64,000 bases of DNA, from positions 20,212,001-20,276,000 of the forward strand of contig CM022670.1 in the NCBI GenBank assembly GCA_012295275.1. The letters run 5' to 3'. Origin of the DNA: Chrysomallon squamiferum (lineage: Eukaryota; Animalia; Mollusca). Below, in pieces: positions 1-14,583 of this stretch (the first letter of the stretch is position 1; the number at the start of each line of letters is the position of its first letter). The translations under genes were made by a program, and so were the position numbers. Below the pieces are notes generated by a model. It was not told where the DNA came from. It ran no database searches and saw nothing but the letters and a program-made list of their open reading frames with translations.

Positions 1-3000
1 TACCAGTTGGTCACAGATTGCTGATGCTGTATTGTAAAGAAATAGGAAAAGTGGTTCTAAAAGTGAACACAATAAGAAATTCTAAAAATTCAATATATAT
101 ATAATGTCATAACTATTTATAAAAGATGGAAGTGACCTGTTTGTGTTTTCATGATAATGAAGATTAAGAGTATGCTGCTGATTATTTATTATTGTTATTA
201 TTATTTATTGTCATCATCACTGACATCTGTATTATTATTCTCTATTCATTATTATTTATTTATCAGGCATTAATAAATTAGAACTGAACATATTTAAAAA
301 GTTACTTATGATGTAAATTTTAACTGAATTGAGTTAAACTTATTTTGATCAAGTGGAATTTAATTTCAGTTAATTCATTTTACTATCTGCAGCAGTATTG
401 TGTTACAGTAACTGTATATTTATTACACATTAATTCAATATTATGTAATCTGTTAACAGAGAGTATAATTTACTTTTTCTGTGTCTGTCTGTCCTACCCT
501 ATCCTACAAACACACCTGTATATTAGCATTTTTAATATGTTTGTGTGTATTTATATAATTATGCATAATTGTATTTATAACTATATGTGTATGTATTGTT
601 TGTGTATGCCTGTGTGTGAATATGTGTGTGTATTAAAAAAAGGATTATGTGTTACATAATTCAAGTTATATTCTGTGAGAAAGGAAAGATTTGGAAAGAT
701 AGAAATATATATTCAGTATTGTTATGTAAGACAAATAAGATAATGACAGACAAAGAGAGAGGAATTAGATGTATGAATGGAGAGAATGAAATAGATTCAT
801 TATGAAATTGAAGTGGAAATAATTTAGAAATATGAAAGTATTAGCATTTTATTTTTCTTGCTATTTTATTTGGAAAACAGCAAGCTATTACAGGTTAAAT
901 GATTAGCATAACAGACTAGGGGATATCAGTTTAATAATAAACATTAATAGTCAAATATTTTGGAAACTGTTCTTTCACGGGCAGAATGTTACTCAATTCA
1001 TTCTTGTCAAAATGAAGTTGTGCTATCGACTCTCAGAGGCTGAAATTACTTCTCTGAACACAATATTAATTATTTATAAATGCACTCCCAAATGAAGATT
1101 AAAATTACAGGTAAATGATTTATATGTGTAAGGTAATTCTGGAGTGCATGCTTCACATGTGCAAGCACATCCACATATGTAAACTTGTTAAAAATACAAC
1201 AGCAAGTGCACGGCATACTAAAAGTATATTTTCTCTCTTAAATAAATTTATATGCCTGCGTAACTTTAATCCACATTTTTGAAAATAATGAATATGTCAT
1301 GATATAAATAATGTATTTAGGTTCATCCCTTGATGATAATAAAACAACCAGACTTTTCTATTCATTTATTTAGAGATAAATTGTGATAACAGTTTGCAAA
1401 TAATTGTAGGGTTTTTCTGAATTTTTTTCTTTTGACTTTTTACTGAATTAGTTTTCTAATATACAACAAAGCATTCGATGGATAATCTTTTATCTTTTGT
1501 TCCCGTTGTTAAACATGTTTATGTATATCAAATAACAAAAACTAAATTCCAAATGCAATCTGTTGGAAACTTACAGTGTAAGTAGAGCATACAATGATAT
1601 GCAGTTTTTTTTTTAGGGTGAAATGCAGTTTTTACTTTATTGTACAACCCCCACTGCAAGTCGTCATAAAAGTGAAGTAAGCTTCAAAGTTTTTTTAATC
1701 TGGCTCAAACAACAAAACTATTGTGGACAGCCTTGTCACCAGTTGGTGATGTTAACTAAGATAGTATGGTGAATCTAGGTTTCTATAAACTAGCTCTGAC
1801 AATAAAAATAAACACACTCTGTGACATAATGCTTTCATTTTCAGAATTAAAATTTTAAACAGATTTTAACAATTTAAACACAGTTTGTATGTTTTACCTT
1901 TCTGTCACCAAAACAATAAAAAATGTTGCTGTAACCAAAATTAAAACTGTTTGAATATTAATTAATGCAATACCAATAATATGATACTTTAGTTGATTGA
2001 TTTTAAGTAGCATAAGCATTTACTAATATAAAATATATTGTTAATATGTATGATATGTGTTGTCCTATCTTTAAGAAAAACACTTGTGATTCATTTTCAT
2101 TTAGCTATCATATGTGATTTCTTTTTTGAAAAATTATTTATTGAAATAGCAGATGAAACAGTTATGAAATCATAAAGTTTGATCTTTGAATTTATTTATT
2201 ATCTGGATTTGCTGTTTTTTTGTTTTCTTTTAATTGTAAAATGTGATTTGTAAATTAAAAGCCAAACTTCATTTCTGTCATTATTATTATTCTATATTTT
2301 ATTTATTATTTTTAAAAATCTTTGTTTACAGAGAAATCAAAAATAAATATGTCAGATTATATCTTCTTTTTATTTTTTTCTTAATATTTTAATAATTTTT
2401 TTTTCAAAAAACAAGATATTGATGCATTTGTTTAATTAAGTGTACCTTCTTCATTTCACGGTTTCATGTCAGGTTCAAATAGAAATCAGAATGAAAAACA
2501 TTAAATGAATAATGGCTGGAAAATTGAAAATTACTTTCAGAGCAAGAGAGAAACAAATTTCATCTTCCCTTCAAAACCTCCCCTAGAAAGTGCCGCTGTT
2601 TTTGAAGACAGGACAAAATTTGATAGATTGTGTTGGATCAATACTAAAATTTGGAGTTGAAGGTTTTCCTCTGTAGTGTAGGATGCAGGCCAGAATTTAA
2701 CAGCTCTTAATTAAACATTATTGCTGAAGACACTGAGATGCAAACCTGGAAAATTACATAGTCAACCTGTGCTCACCTGTAATTACGGTAGCAAGGTGGC
2801 AATTTTACGGCAACCTTTATTTGTAGGGCGCAGGTTTCTCAGATGTTCTTGTGGGAGTTCTTGTCATTGGAAATCTCGGGGCATTGTTGTAACAGCTGTG
2901 ACTAACCGTTCTTTGTTGTTGAAAAACAATCCCAGATATTTACTCTATTTGGTTGGAAAATTGGTGGAAGGGCTTGAAACAATTTGAGATATTTTCTTAA

Positions 3001-4589
3001 TTTGATGCTGGATTAACTTCCAAGAGTGCTTTAAGTTGCTGAATTTGGGTCAGCATTTTCACCATTGTTTGATTCTTTTTTTTTTCTTTTTTTTTTAGCA
3101 TATGTCTGTGTTTGTGTTTAGTGATCATTTAGTACAAAATGATTCTAATTGGTGCCATTTTGCAGAAATTGTAGAATACTTTAGTTTAAAAAATAGAGGA
3201 AAAAAAAATATATAGAAATTATTTATCATAAATATTTCAGCACATAGGTGTATCTGTTGGAACCAGAATATCTAAATGGATCATTCTAACAGTGAGTAAA
3301 TAATTCAGTAAAATAAACATTTTCAGTTTGTTTAGTAATATGTTGCTTGACAATCCATGTACAGACTGTTAGGCAGTAGGTTCAAATCCTGGAAGCTGCA
3401 GAAGTCTAATGGGGAAGTTTTCAGAGCAGAAACAGCAACTTATTTTTTTCCCCACTAATCAACAAACACTGACGTGTTTCTGTCAATAATTTAGTAAGTG
3501 TCTCATGGGAAGCTACCCAGACCCATGTAAATGTTATTGAATGTGAAAACAAATCCATTTCAGTATTGCTGATGGTTTTGTTGGGGAAAAAGGGAAAAAA
3601 TTAAATAATAAACATATGACTCAGTATGTCATATAATGATGGGTAATTTCTGCATTTCTTTTTCTGTTTATTTATTAATTCTGTAAAAATCCATAATTCA
3701 ATTTGTTAAGTGCAGTTAGTTTATGATTTCAGCTGAAATATATTTCTAGAAGACGATACATACAAAAATAACACAAGACCAATATACACAAATACTCATT
3801 AATTCAGCTCTTAAAATGTCAAAGGGCAATTTATAATGCTGTTGAAACAGCCACAAAATTTTTGATTTTTAGAAATTAAAATCTTTTTTGCTAACAGCAT
3901 AGTTCTATTTTCTTGTCACATATCTGAGAAAACATTTCAATCATAAATTTTTCAAACACATGAAGTTATTTTTAAATAACTACATACGATTTATCTTAAA
4001 ATAGAAATATATGTAAACAAAAAATATCCTCAAACATTTTTCTTTTGATTTTTTTTTTTTAAAATTTTGACAGAAGCTAATATATCTTTTGAATAATCTG
4101 GTCTTGACAGTATTTGAATTAGGCTCTTCATTTCAGTGCTATTAAATGAAGATGTAATAATGACTTGAACAAGAGTGAGAAAGTGTCTCTATTGTAGTCT
4201 ATCTAATAATCATTTCCGTTGCCCTTTCCTTTCTCTTTCCTCATACTTCAGTGTTTATTAATGACACAAATGCACATCTGTTTCCCATTATTATCCCATT
4301 TCAAAACACCAGTGTTTAATAAATGGCCAACTCTTAAAAGAAAAAATACTTTTATTGAAAACCTGATATATTTTCCCAGTGTCCTTAGTGTCTACATTTT
4401 CATTTGGGTTTTATTAGACAATATTTTGTTTCTTTTCGTATTCTGATCTGGTGGTCCATTTAATGTAATCATATAATACACAGGATTTTGAAGTCATAAC
4501 CACACACATTATCTATAAAATGTTTTAGAAGAATATGGAAGAAAATTATTTTTATTTTTATTTTATTTTATTTTTTTTATTTTTTTTTA

Positions 4590-4660
4590 TTGTGAAGAGG
4601 TTTTGATAATTTTGGTTGTGAAGTGGCTAGGAAGAGTTTGGTTATGAAGTGGTTTTGAAG
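4590..4660 (+). repeat. ~24-bp degenerate tandem repeat (3 copies)
   Basis: TTGTGAAGAGGTTTTGA / TTTGGTTGTGAAGTGGCTAGGAAG / TTTGGTTATGAAGTGGTTTTGAAG. Confidence 0.6.
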
Positions 4661-4976
4661 TACTTACATCACCCTTCACATAATGCATGACAAACATTTT
4701 TTTTCCTCCTGAAATTGAACAGTAATTTTATTTTAAATACATTATTTTTTTATTTATTCAGATAATATGTATTTTGTAAAATAGTGAACTAAAAAAAAAA
4801 AATAATAATAAATAAATAGTATAGAAAAGTTTATTTAATGATTAAGTACTTGCTTTATAATAATTAACACAGATTATGTATATCACAAGCATTTCAGTTT
4901 CATTGTTTGTCAAATGAAAACCAAGTGTGTATCATTTTTTTGTATATATTGGTTTATTACACTTACAAATTTGAAT

Positions 4977-5100
4977 AATGAAGTGCTTGTCAAGTATTTT
5001 GCTTATAAATTAGAATTTTTTCATGAATGTACATCACGCATTATACTCATGAAGTGATATCAAGCATTTTGCCCAATTTACTCATGAAGTGCACAGTATT
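4977..5100 (+). repeat. Short degenerate repeat
   Basis: ATGAAGTG..TCAAG(T/C)ATTTTGC occurs twice and ACTCATGAAGTG twice. Confidence 0.5.
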
Positions 5101-7655
5101 TAGGACAAAACCATTTTCTGTGAGTTGTGTCATGTGTCAACAAAAAAAAAGAAGAAAAAATTAGTTGATCAATTCATTTGTATTTGTTAATGCTATGTCC
5201 AGCACTCCCCACAACCTAATGTTAATCCAGTTTGCAGTACTTTGTTTGTTTTTGACTAAAGGGCAAGTAACCACCATCAGCTCACTCTTCGGATGAATTC
5301 TTCTCTTGCATTCATTGGTGGTGCCCTTCTTAAGACACTGAGACTGGATGGGGCCAGACACACTGAGTTCCACATCGACTAATCTAATTGGTCAATAACT
5401 TGTTTCTCTACAGTCGGTTCTAATCTCATTTAACAAGTCCAACTGTGTGAGAACTTGGACATTTGTGACTGATGAATTAGGAGCAATCTCTTTGCTGTGT
5501 TTATTCTGTGGTTTTAAAAATTGGTATTATCAAATAGCCAATAGGCTATTTCCAGACTGTGTTGAGAACATCATACAGACACATATACACAAATACATAC
5601 CTGCATACCAACATACAGACATACACAGCTTTTGAAAACATTTTCTCTTTTTATGCACCTCTTTCTTTTATGTTGTTTTGTTTTCCTTTATTTCTTTTTT
5701 TCAAACCCTAAATAACTAAACTTATTTTTCTGAAATGAGTTTAACTAAAGAAGACTTCATTGCTGTAATTGTTGTTTGTTTTCTTAATTCTTTGTCTGTT
5801 CATATTTCCCCGAAAGCTGCAGCCTCAGCATCCTAAAATACACTTCTATTTGAAATGCAGTGCCAAGCAATAAATATTAGCTTCACTACAAAAGTTAAAT
5901 GTACTATTCATTTTAATTAAAATTAATCTCTGCATCAAACTTGCAGCATCAGCAACTCTGAATACACTACTATTCAGTATTGTAGTGTTAAGCAATAAAT
6001 ATTTGACTCCACAACAAAAGTTTGATATACTGAAAGTTTTAAAATTATGCAACTGAAAGGTGTTTTCTTTCTTGATTTTTCATTTTGGGGTGGCCGTCTA
6101 AGTCATCTTGACATGAGTGAATATTGTGTTAATCATCAAACTGCTGTTTGCTGGGGTCTGGTGTTCCCTGTAAGTGTTAGGATGACAACACAGTTCCAAA
6201 AATAACCTGCAACTTGACAGTAAATTATGTAATGTCTTTGTGTTTCACACAGACTGGTAGAGGCAATTCAGTTATCATGTTCAGGTATTGGGTAATTGTG
6301 ACAAAGTCTTTGATGACACCTGTAATGGCTAAAATCTGTACTAGGTCACTTTTCTTCTCTTCTTCCATCTTCTTCTCTTCCTTCTTGTTGTTGTTGTTAA
6401 ACAGGTATTAGATAATCATAACAAAGTCTTGTAATAATTCGCCTATAAACAAAGGTATTTTTCTTTTTAATTAATTTTCTTGTTGTATTGGTATTATTGT
6501 TGTTAATATTTTTGTTATTGTTATTTTTATTATTTTGCACTTTGCATTTTTCATATATATATATATATAAAAATATTTCACTTTTATTTAATGATTTCAT
6601 TAAAAATGTTTATTCTTTCTTTTTCTTTTCCTTTTCTTCTATTTATCTGCTTGTGAGATTACTTGTCTTTTAAAAAAAAAGGTAATTGTTAATGTTACCA
6701 AAATACTGAAATCTGATTAAGAAAAGAAAAAAGCCTAATTTGAAACACTTCAAGTCATTATTAGAAAAATAAAGGTATGAATCAGCTTTTTGTTTTAACA
6801 TCTTGAATATCACCTTGTTAAAGAAAACTAATACAAAGTTACACCTAATTAAATGTATTTTTAAAATATGTTTATTACATTTATCACCATTACAAATAAT
6901 TTCTTTCTGTTTAAATATACTTTTTATTTTTTTTGTTATTTTTTACTATTAATATTATTATTATTATTAATATTTGTTTTAATGTTTTTGGGAGCATTTT
7001 TATTTTGGTGCACTTCAAAATAGCTTAATATAAATATTGTTTTTTGTTTTTTTTGTTTTGTTTTATTTGTTTTAATAGATTTTTCTTTTCCTATTATTTA
7101 TTTATTTTTTAAATTTATTATTATTTTTATTATATATGTCAAGTAAATGTTTCAAAATGTAAAATGGCTAAATTAAACATGTCAAACAGGTTTCACACCA
7201 CTGACAGTAAAAACAAATTATTAACACTATTAACAGTTCAAAGCCATTAACAACACCCTGAGTATTGTAAACATAAAACCATTAACAAATATGTCACAGT
7301 TTATACACACCACCAATTTATTTTTTAAATAAATAATAATAATAAAAAAAAAAATAAATAAAAAAAAATAAATAAATAAATAAATAAATAAAAAAAAAAA
7401 AAATAAAAATAAAAAAAAACTTTTCATTCAATTTTGCTGTTTACACATAAAAACATGAGTGGTATATGTTCATTCCATTTTGCAATTTCAAAATGTAGTG
7501 ATATTTTACCTACATTATGTACCCTGGTATCTGTCATACAATTGGTTTTTCTCAGAAAGGCTACGTTGTCATACTGGCAATAATATTATTTACCCTTTGC
7601 ATGTCAAATCTGTTCAAAATGAATCAGGTTTGAGAAAAGGCAAGAATTTCTGTTT

Positions 7656-7756
7656 ATTCATAATGACAGGGAATCAATGACAAACACATCTTTTGATTCA
7701 TAATGACAGGGAGTCATTGACAAACAAATTTTTGATTCCTGATAACAAAGAATCAT
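7656..7756 (+). repeat. 40-bp tandem duplication (about 2.5 copies)
   Basis: ATTCATAATGACAGGGAATCAATGACAAACACATCTTTTG at 7656, a near-identical copy at 7696 and a partial third copy at 7735. Confidence 0.85.
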
Positions 7757-8057
7757 ATATTTATATGGATTCACAAAAGTTAGGAAAAAAGAACTGAAAG
7801 CATAAGAATTACATGTTGTTGCCAATTTTTGGTTTACAGATTTGATTAAGTATCTGTACAAATATTTCTATCTTTTCAGTTTGTTTAGTACAAATATGAG
7901 TAAAAATAATAATAAAAATGTAATAAATAAAAATCACAGTTTTTAATTTTATTACATATGACTTAAAAAGTAAATAAATAAATATATAATTATTTATTCA
8001 GAATTCACAAACAAGTTACTGTTTTATTAACTATTTTTTATTTTATTTATTTATTTA

Positions 8058-8102
8058 TTTTATTTTATTTTATTTTATTTTATTTTATTTTATTTTATTT
8101 TT
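8058..8102. repeat. (TTTTA)n microsatellite
   Basis: Direct reading. Confidence 0.9.
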
Positions 8103-10840
8103 GAAATTTAGCGGGCAATTTTAATAAGTCAAACTTCCTTCTCCCCACACAAAAAATAAAAATCTGATTCCAAAAACACCTTTTTATTATTAAACCACAC
8201 AACATATCTTTTGTGTTTTATTCCTCACAGCTGTGATAATTATTTTGCAGTTTAATATTTCCTTTGTGTTAATGATGCTAATTTTCCTCACTTGCAGCAG
8301 GGGTTGTTTTCCCTGCTAAGAGCATGCAGCATTGATAGCATAGCAAATGTAAGCCTCGTTTTTCTCTCTTAATTGTGCAGTATCAAAGTTTTAGACAAAC
8401 TAGTATAGTTCAGCTTACTGTAAGCTTTTTATAAAATACATTATGAACCTATTGTGTTTTATGTTAACTTACTATAGAGTTTGTCTTTTGTAGACTGTTT
8501 TAAATGTATTATCAGTCCACTGTTGTTTTAGACAAAGTTGAAGTTCAGTTTTAGCCAAGTGTATATCTATATCAAACTCATTGTATTGTCTTAACTAATA
8601 ATATATACTCTTTTCTTCTTTTTTTCTTCACATTTTTGAAAGTATATAAAAATAGATATTTATGATAATGTCTTTCTTTTTTATATTTATTTTTATTGTT
8701 ATTATTATTATTTTTTTCTGGTATGTAGTGTAGACAACTTCATATCCTAAGAAAAAGAAATAAAAATATGAAAATGAGAAATTTAAACCATTTAAACTTG
8801 AGTCACATAAGGAGAATATATAAAATAATAAATACATGTATCTTTTTAATTTTTTAATCTTGATTCATTGTATTACAGGGGTAAAAAAATATATAAAATA
8901 AAAATAAAAAAACAGAAAAAAAATTTGAAATTTTATGTAAATTATTAATAAGGAAAATGTCAGCTAAATTACACTGGATCATACAAACAGCAATCATTGA
9001 TTTCCTATGAGGTTTATTTTTGACAGGAAACATTTTGATTGACAAGCAGAGTGGACAGTTCTATTGATCTGTTAGTTTTTAACAGACATGCAACATTTCT
9101 TAACCATGTAACAGTGTTTTGTCATTACTGTCAACACTTTAGTGTATTTTCTATCCATTACATTTATTTTTTTAAAACAGGCACATGCACAGGCAGAGAA
9201 AAGACATACAAAATGTTTGTTAGTAACCAAGTAGATTAATTCACAGGTGCTCATACATTGATACACATTGATTTAATACACAGATAATCAGAGCTATATG
9301 CACACAAATATACACATACACAAAGGGAGAACAACAAACAAAAAAATATATATATAAAGAAATAAAGAAAGAAAAATATAAAAATAAATAAGAAGTAATA
9401 ATAATAATTTTTTTTTTTTAGACCTTAAATATTTAGTTAATACTTGTTGATTAAATATAACATATATATTTGACAAACAAAACTCCTTGATTGCAAATAT
9501 TTTTATTTACCTTATTGATAGCTTTTATAATTCATTCCCCAGTCGTAACAGCTTGTTGTCGTTACAAGAAGAAGTTTTGACATCATGTTACATTTTCAGT
9601 AATATTTTCATGTAACACCAGATGCCAGATTTACATGCTCCGTTGGTCTACTGCAACAGAAAACAAAATTGTACAGACAACTTTATTCTTGCATTTATGG
9701 TGAGCCAAACATGTTGTCTGTACTATGTCATTTAATACTTCACTTTTTTAATTATGTTTTACACAATCAGTTTTGTATTACTAATAAAGGATGAATGCAC
9801 AATTACAACCCAAAATATTAGTGCTCTTTTTTTTGTCTCACTTCTGATAATATTATTTTATTTTAGATTTATTGTGAATTAATAAATATTAGGAAACAAT
9901 GAAAGTGAATTGCAGATGGTGTTGGCTGAATTTATATTTGTATGAAAATATAATGTATGCTTTTTACAATTAATTTTTTTTTGTTGTTTCTTTTCTGTCT
10001 TTTTTTTTGGTTTTTGTTTAAAGTACAAAATATGTTCTGGACAGATTGAAATAATGTTGTATTTTTTATTTTTTAATGTAATTACATGATATAACAATAA
10101 AATACAAACAACAAATTTTTTTTTAAAAATAATATTAATGAGCTCAGAAATAAAGACTAATAAGGTTTTGAATGTTTCGACAGTATTGTATTGATAGCTA
10201 AAATAGTTTATAATACATACATTGTTTTATTAATTATTGCAAATATAATATTCTCTGATCAAATAAATACTTTGTATTGCTGATCAAACATTATAATACT
10301 GTTTATAATACACTGTATTGTTTTTTGTTGTTTTTTAATAATAAATACAGTATAATAAATATACCGTACTATAATATTCATTGTACTAATAATTATCATA
10401 AATGTATTGTACTATTAATTGTAATAAAAAATTGTGATACTGAGTATAATAAACACATTGTGCTTAATTAATGTATTATATTGGTTGTTGGTTGTTAAAG
10501 TAAATAAATTGCATTTATAATGATATGCTGTGCTAGTGAATCTACCAAGATAATAAATGTGTCATTCTTTATAATAAATAATTTTCAATCTGGTTTAATA
10601 ACAAATTTGTGCTACTGATTTTAGTCGGGGGTGAATTGGAACAGTGATTTCAATAAATACCTTATACAAGTTCTAAATTTGTCTCAGTAAAATATGTTGT
10701 AGTACTGGTAGTAATAAATAAATTTAACAGATTTTAGAATCATGATTTATACCAATTTTTAATAATGATATTGGGTAAAACATGTTAAAACATTTAAAAA
10801 AAAAAAAAAAAAAAATTGTTAGTTAAATACATAAATAAAA

Positions 10841-10873
<33 letters not shown>

Positions 10874-11541
10874 AAATACTATTAAAAAAAATCAAGCACT
10901 AATCTATAACTGTCTGAATATGCAGTTTCAGTTTGTAGATTAACATAGGAACTACTGTAGCAGTTATTACTACAATACTCCAATAGAAGATTAACTTCCC
11001 TTTGGTTAGAGCTCTTCAGCAGTAGTGACTCTTATTCTAACCCATGAAATGATTGACATAGCTCACTGGCACACCTTCACAAAAAGTCATCTCCTTCTAC
11101 CTTAGCCAAGGTAGGAGACAGAGGCTCCTCCCACTTGTGACTGCAGCAACTCTGTTGTGTCCAATGGCTGGAGGTGTGGGCTGTACTGCCAGTGGCAGTC
11201 TAGGCCAGTAATGATTAATAAACATTTATGTGATTAATAAACATGGAGGTTTTATCAACGGCTAGGGGTTATCTAAACAGTAGAAAAAGAATGTGATGCA
11301 ACGATTCTAACAGCGACTGTTCAACTTCTTCATTAAATCGGTTTAAAAAAAATAAATAAAGAAAAGAAAAAAAAGGAGAGTGAGCTGTTTTGGTTTTTTC
11401 ACCACTGTGTTCTTTCCTCTGCTACTGTTACTACTACTACCACTACCACCCTCAGACAGCTCGATATTTAATTGAGTCCCTTTGTAGAAAAACTCAGGAA
11501 GCAGGACTGTATCAAGGATAATACGGTGTATGTGATTTTTG

Positions 11542-11594
11542 ATCATCACCATCATCATTATTATTGCTGCTGCTGCTGCTGCTGCTGTTGTTGT
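11542..11594. repeat. Compound (CAT)n(TAT)n(TGC)n(TGT)n trinucleotide repeat
   Basis: atcatcaccatcatcattattattgctgctgctgctgctgctgctgttgttgt. Confidence 0.9.
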
Positions 11595-12247
11595 GTGGTA
11601 TATATAACTATTGTTAGCATTGTCAGTGATCTTACTATGATGGTGTCCACTGCTATTGTATAGTGTGTCACATTTCGGAAAACAGAGAAGGACCATGAAA
11701 TACAGATACCTGAGATGAAGTGAGTAGCTACTGCTTGTATTTAGACATTGTTTAGTCACTTGCCATAAGAGTGTACATTACTGCAGAAAATGTATCTTTG
11801 GTTTTTATTACATTGCATAATACCGAATGTTAAATGCACCAATTTGTGTTGGCTTTCTTTTAGTACTTTTTTTTTTTTTATCTTCCCTTCTTGTATGTAT
11901 ATACTTTATATTAACAGGTTAAATTTTATCTTAAGAACGTTTGTTAACTGTCAAGGTATGAAATGAAATGAAATGAAGAGTTAGTTATTGACAATACAAT
12001 CTTATGTTGTTATGAAGTCTGGTATTTTATGGCTGTATCATTTACGCAGTTAGATTGTAAGGCATTTTTCATTGTAAATTATATAAACAAACATGAAGAT
12101 AATTGGTATTTTGAAAAATATATTTCCAAAATAATGTCATTATCTTACAAAGTGCAGTTCAGAATTTATTTTTATAAAATGTTAAAAAAGGTTGCTGGTT
12201 GGGTTACTATCAGTTCACTTTCCATAGGTTTTTACTGATTGTTATAA

Positions 12248-12279
<32 letters not shown>

Positions 12280-12966
12280 TAAATGTTTTTAAATCTTATT
12301 TAATTTAAAAAAAAATTTCATAAATAAATGTTGCATTTCAAAAAAGTATATGCATTTTTTTCCCATTTATATATATAAATTTCAAATAATTATATCAGTT
12401 ACATAAAAAATTTTTATTTTAATCATTTGTTTTTTATTTTAAAAAGGAAATCATTTTAAGATTTTGTTTAGTAAATATTATCATAGACATGAAATGCCAG
12501 AATATTTTTGTTTTTGTTCATTGACTGTCCATTCATATTTCTTTCAACATTTAAATAAATAATGTATAATTTTTTTTAAACCATTATTAATGTAAAATAA
12601 ATTTTAAAGCAAAAAATGCTATGAATATTAAAATTAGTATAATTTTGTATTTAAAAAAATTACATTGACAATTATATAAATATGTTTAAAAAAGGTTAAA
12701 AAAAAAAGTGAAAACTGGGTAAAGCAGTGTTCAAAAAATAAAAAAGGAAACAAGAAACCAACAGAAAAAAATTTTATTATTTTTAAAATGATCAAACACA
12801 AAAACAAAATAACATATGTTTTATCAGAAATAAATAAAATGAAAATAAAATTAATCAGATATATCAAAAATATCATCATTTTCTTAGCAGTCCAAGAAGA
12901 AAACTAAAATGTACAAATATTCATGCTGAGAAATGTAAAAGCTTGACTGGTTTTTTTCCCAAGAGC

Positions 12967-13006
12967 TGATACCTTATAGTGACTGGGGACCAGTCGACAG
13001 GTATCA
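12967..13006. promoter_or_regulatory. Inverted pair of Six/So-like sites (TGATACC ... GGTATCA) around a GACTGG/CCAGTC inverted repeat
   Basis: TGATACCT-tatagt-GACTGG-gga-CCAGTC-gac-AGGTATCA, within a CpG-retaining patch. Confidence 0.35.
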
Positions 13007-14542
13007 TGCTACACAAATTTAGTCGTGGGATGAAAGAATTCAAAAGTTAGCAGTATGATCGTGCGCCGAGATAATACCAACCATACAACCAGTCTTGAGA
13101 TGACTGTTGTGTCAGAATTTTTGGTTATGAATTAATTACTCGACAGTCATAAAGAACTGAAAAGACTCTCTTGTTAAAATTGTGTGGAAAATGATACACT
13201 TGACCAGAAGTGATAAATCATATTATATCTATTTTTGAAAAGACCTATTTTCTTCTTTTAAATGAAAAAAAAATATATATACATGTATAATATACATTCA
13301 TATATTTTTCATAATGAATATTTAATACGTATTGAATAATTGAAAAGAAGGATTTGTCCTTTGTTATGATATATGAGTAGAGAAATATGTTGGGTTTTTT
13401 TCACTCTTCTCATTTGACTGTGCGAAATTAAGCAAGGGATATTTTAACAAGCATTCATAATTACAATTATTTAAGACAATAAAGCGTATCTTTTTCCTAT
13501 CTCTCCTGTTATATTTTGAAAATGTTATAATAAATAAGTAACTGAATTTGTTTCTCAAAAAGTTTTCTTTCTGGAAAGAATTGTTATTATTAGTTTATAT
13601 ATTTTAAAATTATTTTATTCTTTTCAGTTCAGTTTTCATATTAAATTACAAATGTCTGCACTTTTTTTTTTTCGTTTTTTTTACCAAGAATGACAACGTG
13701 AATTTGACATTTGGTTGCACAAACTAAAAAAAAGAAACCTGTAATTTTATCAGTTTGTATGGACAAGAAAAAAGAAGGAAAGAAATATTAAATATTAATT
13801 GCATACAGAGAAGATTAAAAAAAATAAAAAAACAAGTTTCACCCTTATATTAATATTAATAGCTTGCTGTAGAAAATGTGATATTTGGACAACAAAAAAT
13901 ACGTGGAAGTATGAATAAATAAATGTATTAATTAAGGTACTATTTATGGAACAGCTGTGAGATTTATATGATAAATCTGAAATTTAAAATGAAAGTATTT
14001 TTTAAATTAAATTTAATAATATGTGTGTGTCTGTTTATAAAATGTTTTTATTTTTTGTTTTTTTTTACTATCAACTTTGCTGTGTTTTTCTTCAATATAT
14101 ATTTTTTTCTTTTTTTTGTGCATTACCTCTATATTTTCATTACATCTGTCAAGCTCTCTTATTTTATTTATTTATTTTTTTAATTCATTAATATTATTAT
14201 TTTATCTTCTTAATTTCTTTTTCTTTTTTTCCCTGTGGTGAGATATTATATATACATAAATGAATTATTTGATACTTTTCATAAAGATGAATTGTATGAT
14301 ATACAAAATATAAAATTTCTATAAATGAATAAAAACTTAAATTTTTCATTAAATATGTAACAAGAACAATAAATGATTGTCATGTTACTACAATAAATTC
14401 ATGATGAAACTTTTTCTCTTTGTGGAAGATATTAACATTTTAATATTGTATTCATATTAATATTGAACACATTTTAAAATTTATATTTAGATCAATCAAA
14501 AGCTTATTTCATCAAAGCATGATATTTACTCCACCCTGTTAG

Positions 14543-14573
<31 letters not shown>

Positions 14574-14583
14574 AACACACACA
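14543..14583. repeat. (CT)n(CA)n compound microsatellite
   Basis: Direct reading. Confidence 0.9.

Noticed and set aside
3360-3400. GGTTCAAATCC B-box-like word as a tRNA gene
   Set aside because: No cloverleaf or clear A-box is visible; at most a decayed tRNA-derived SINE head.
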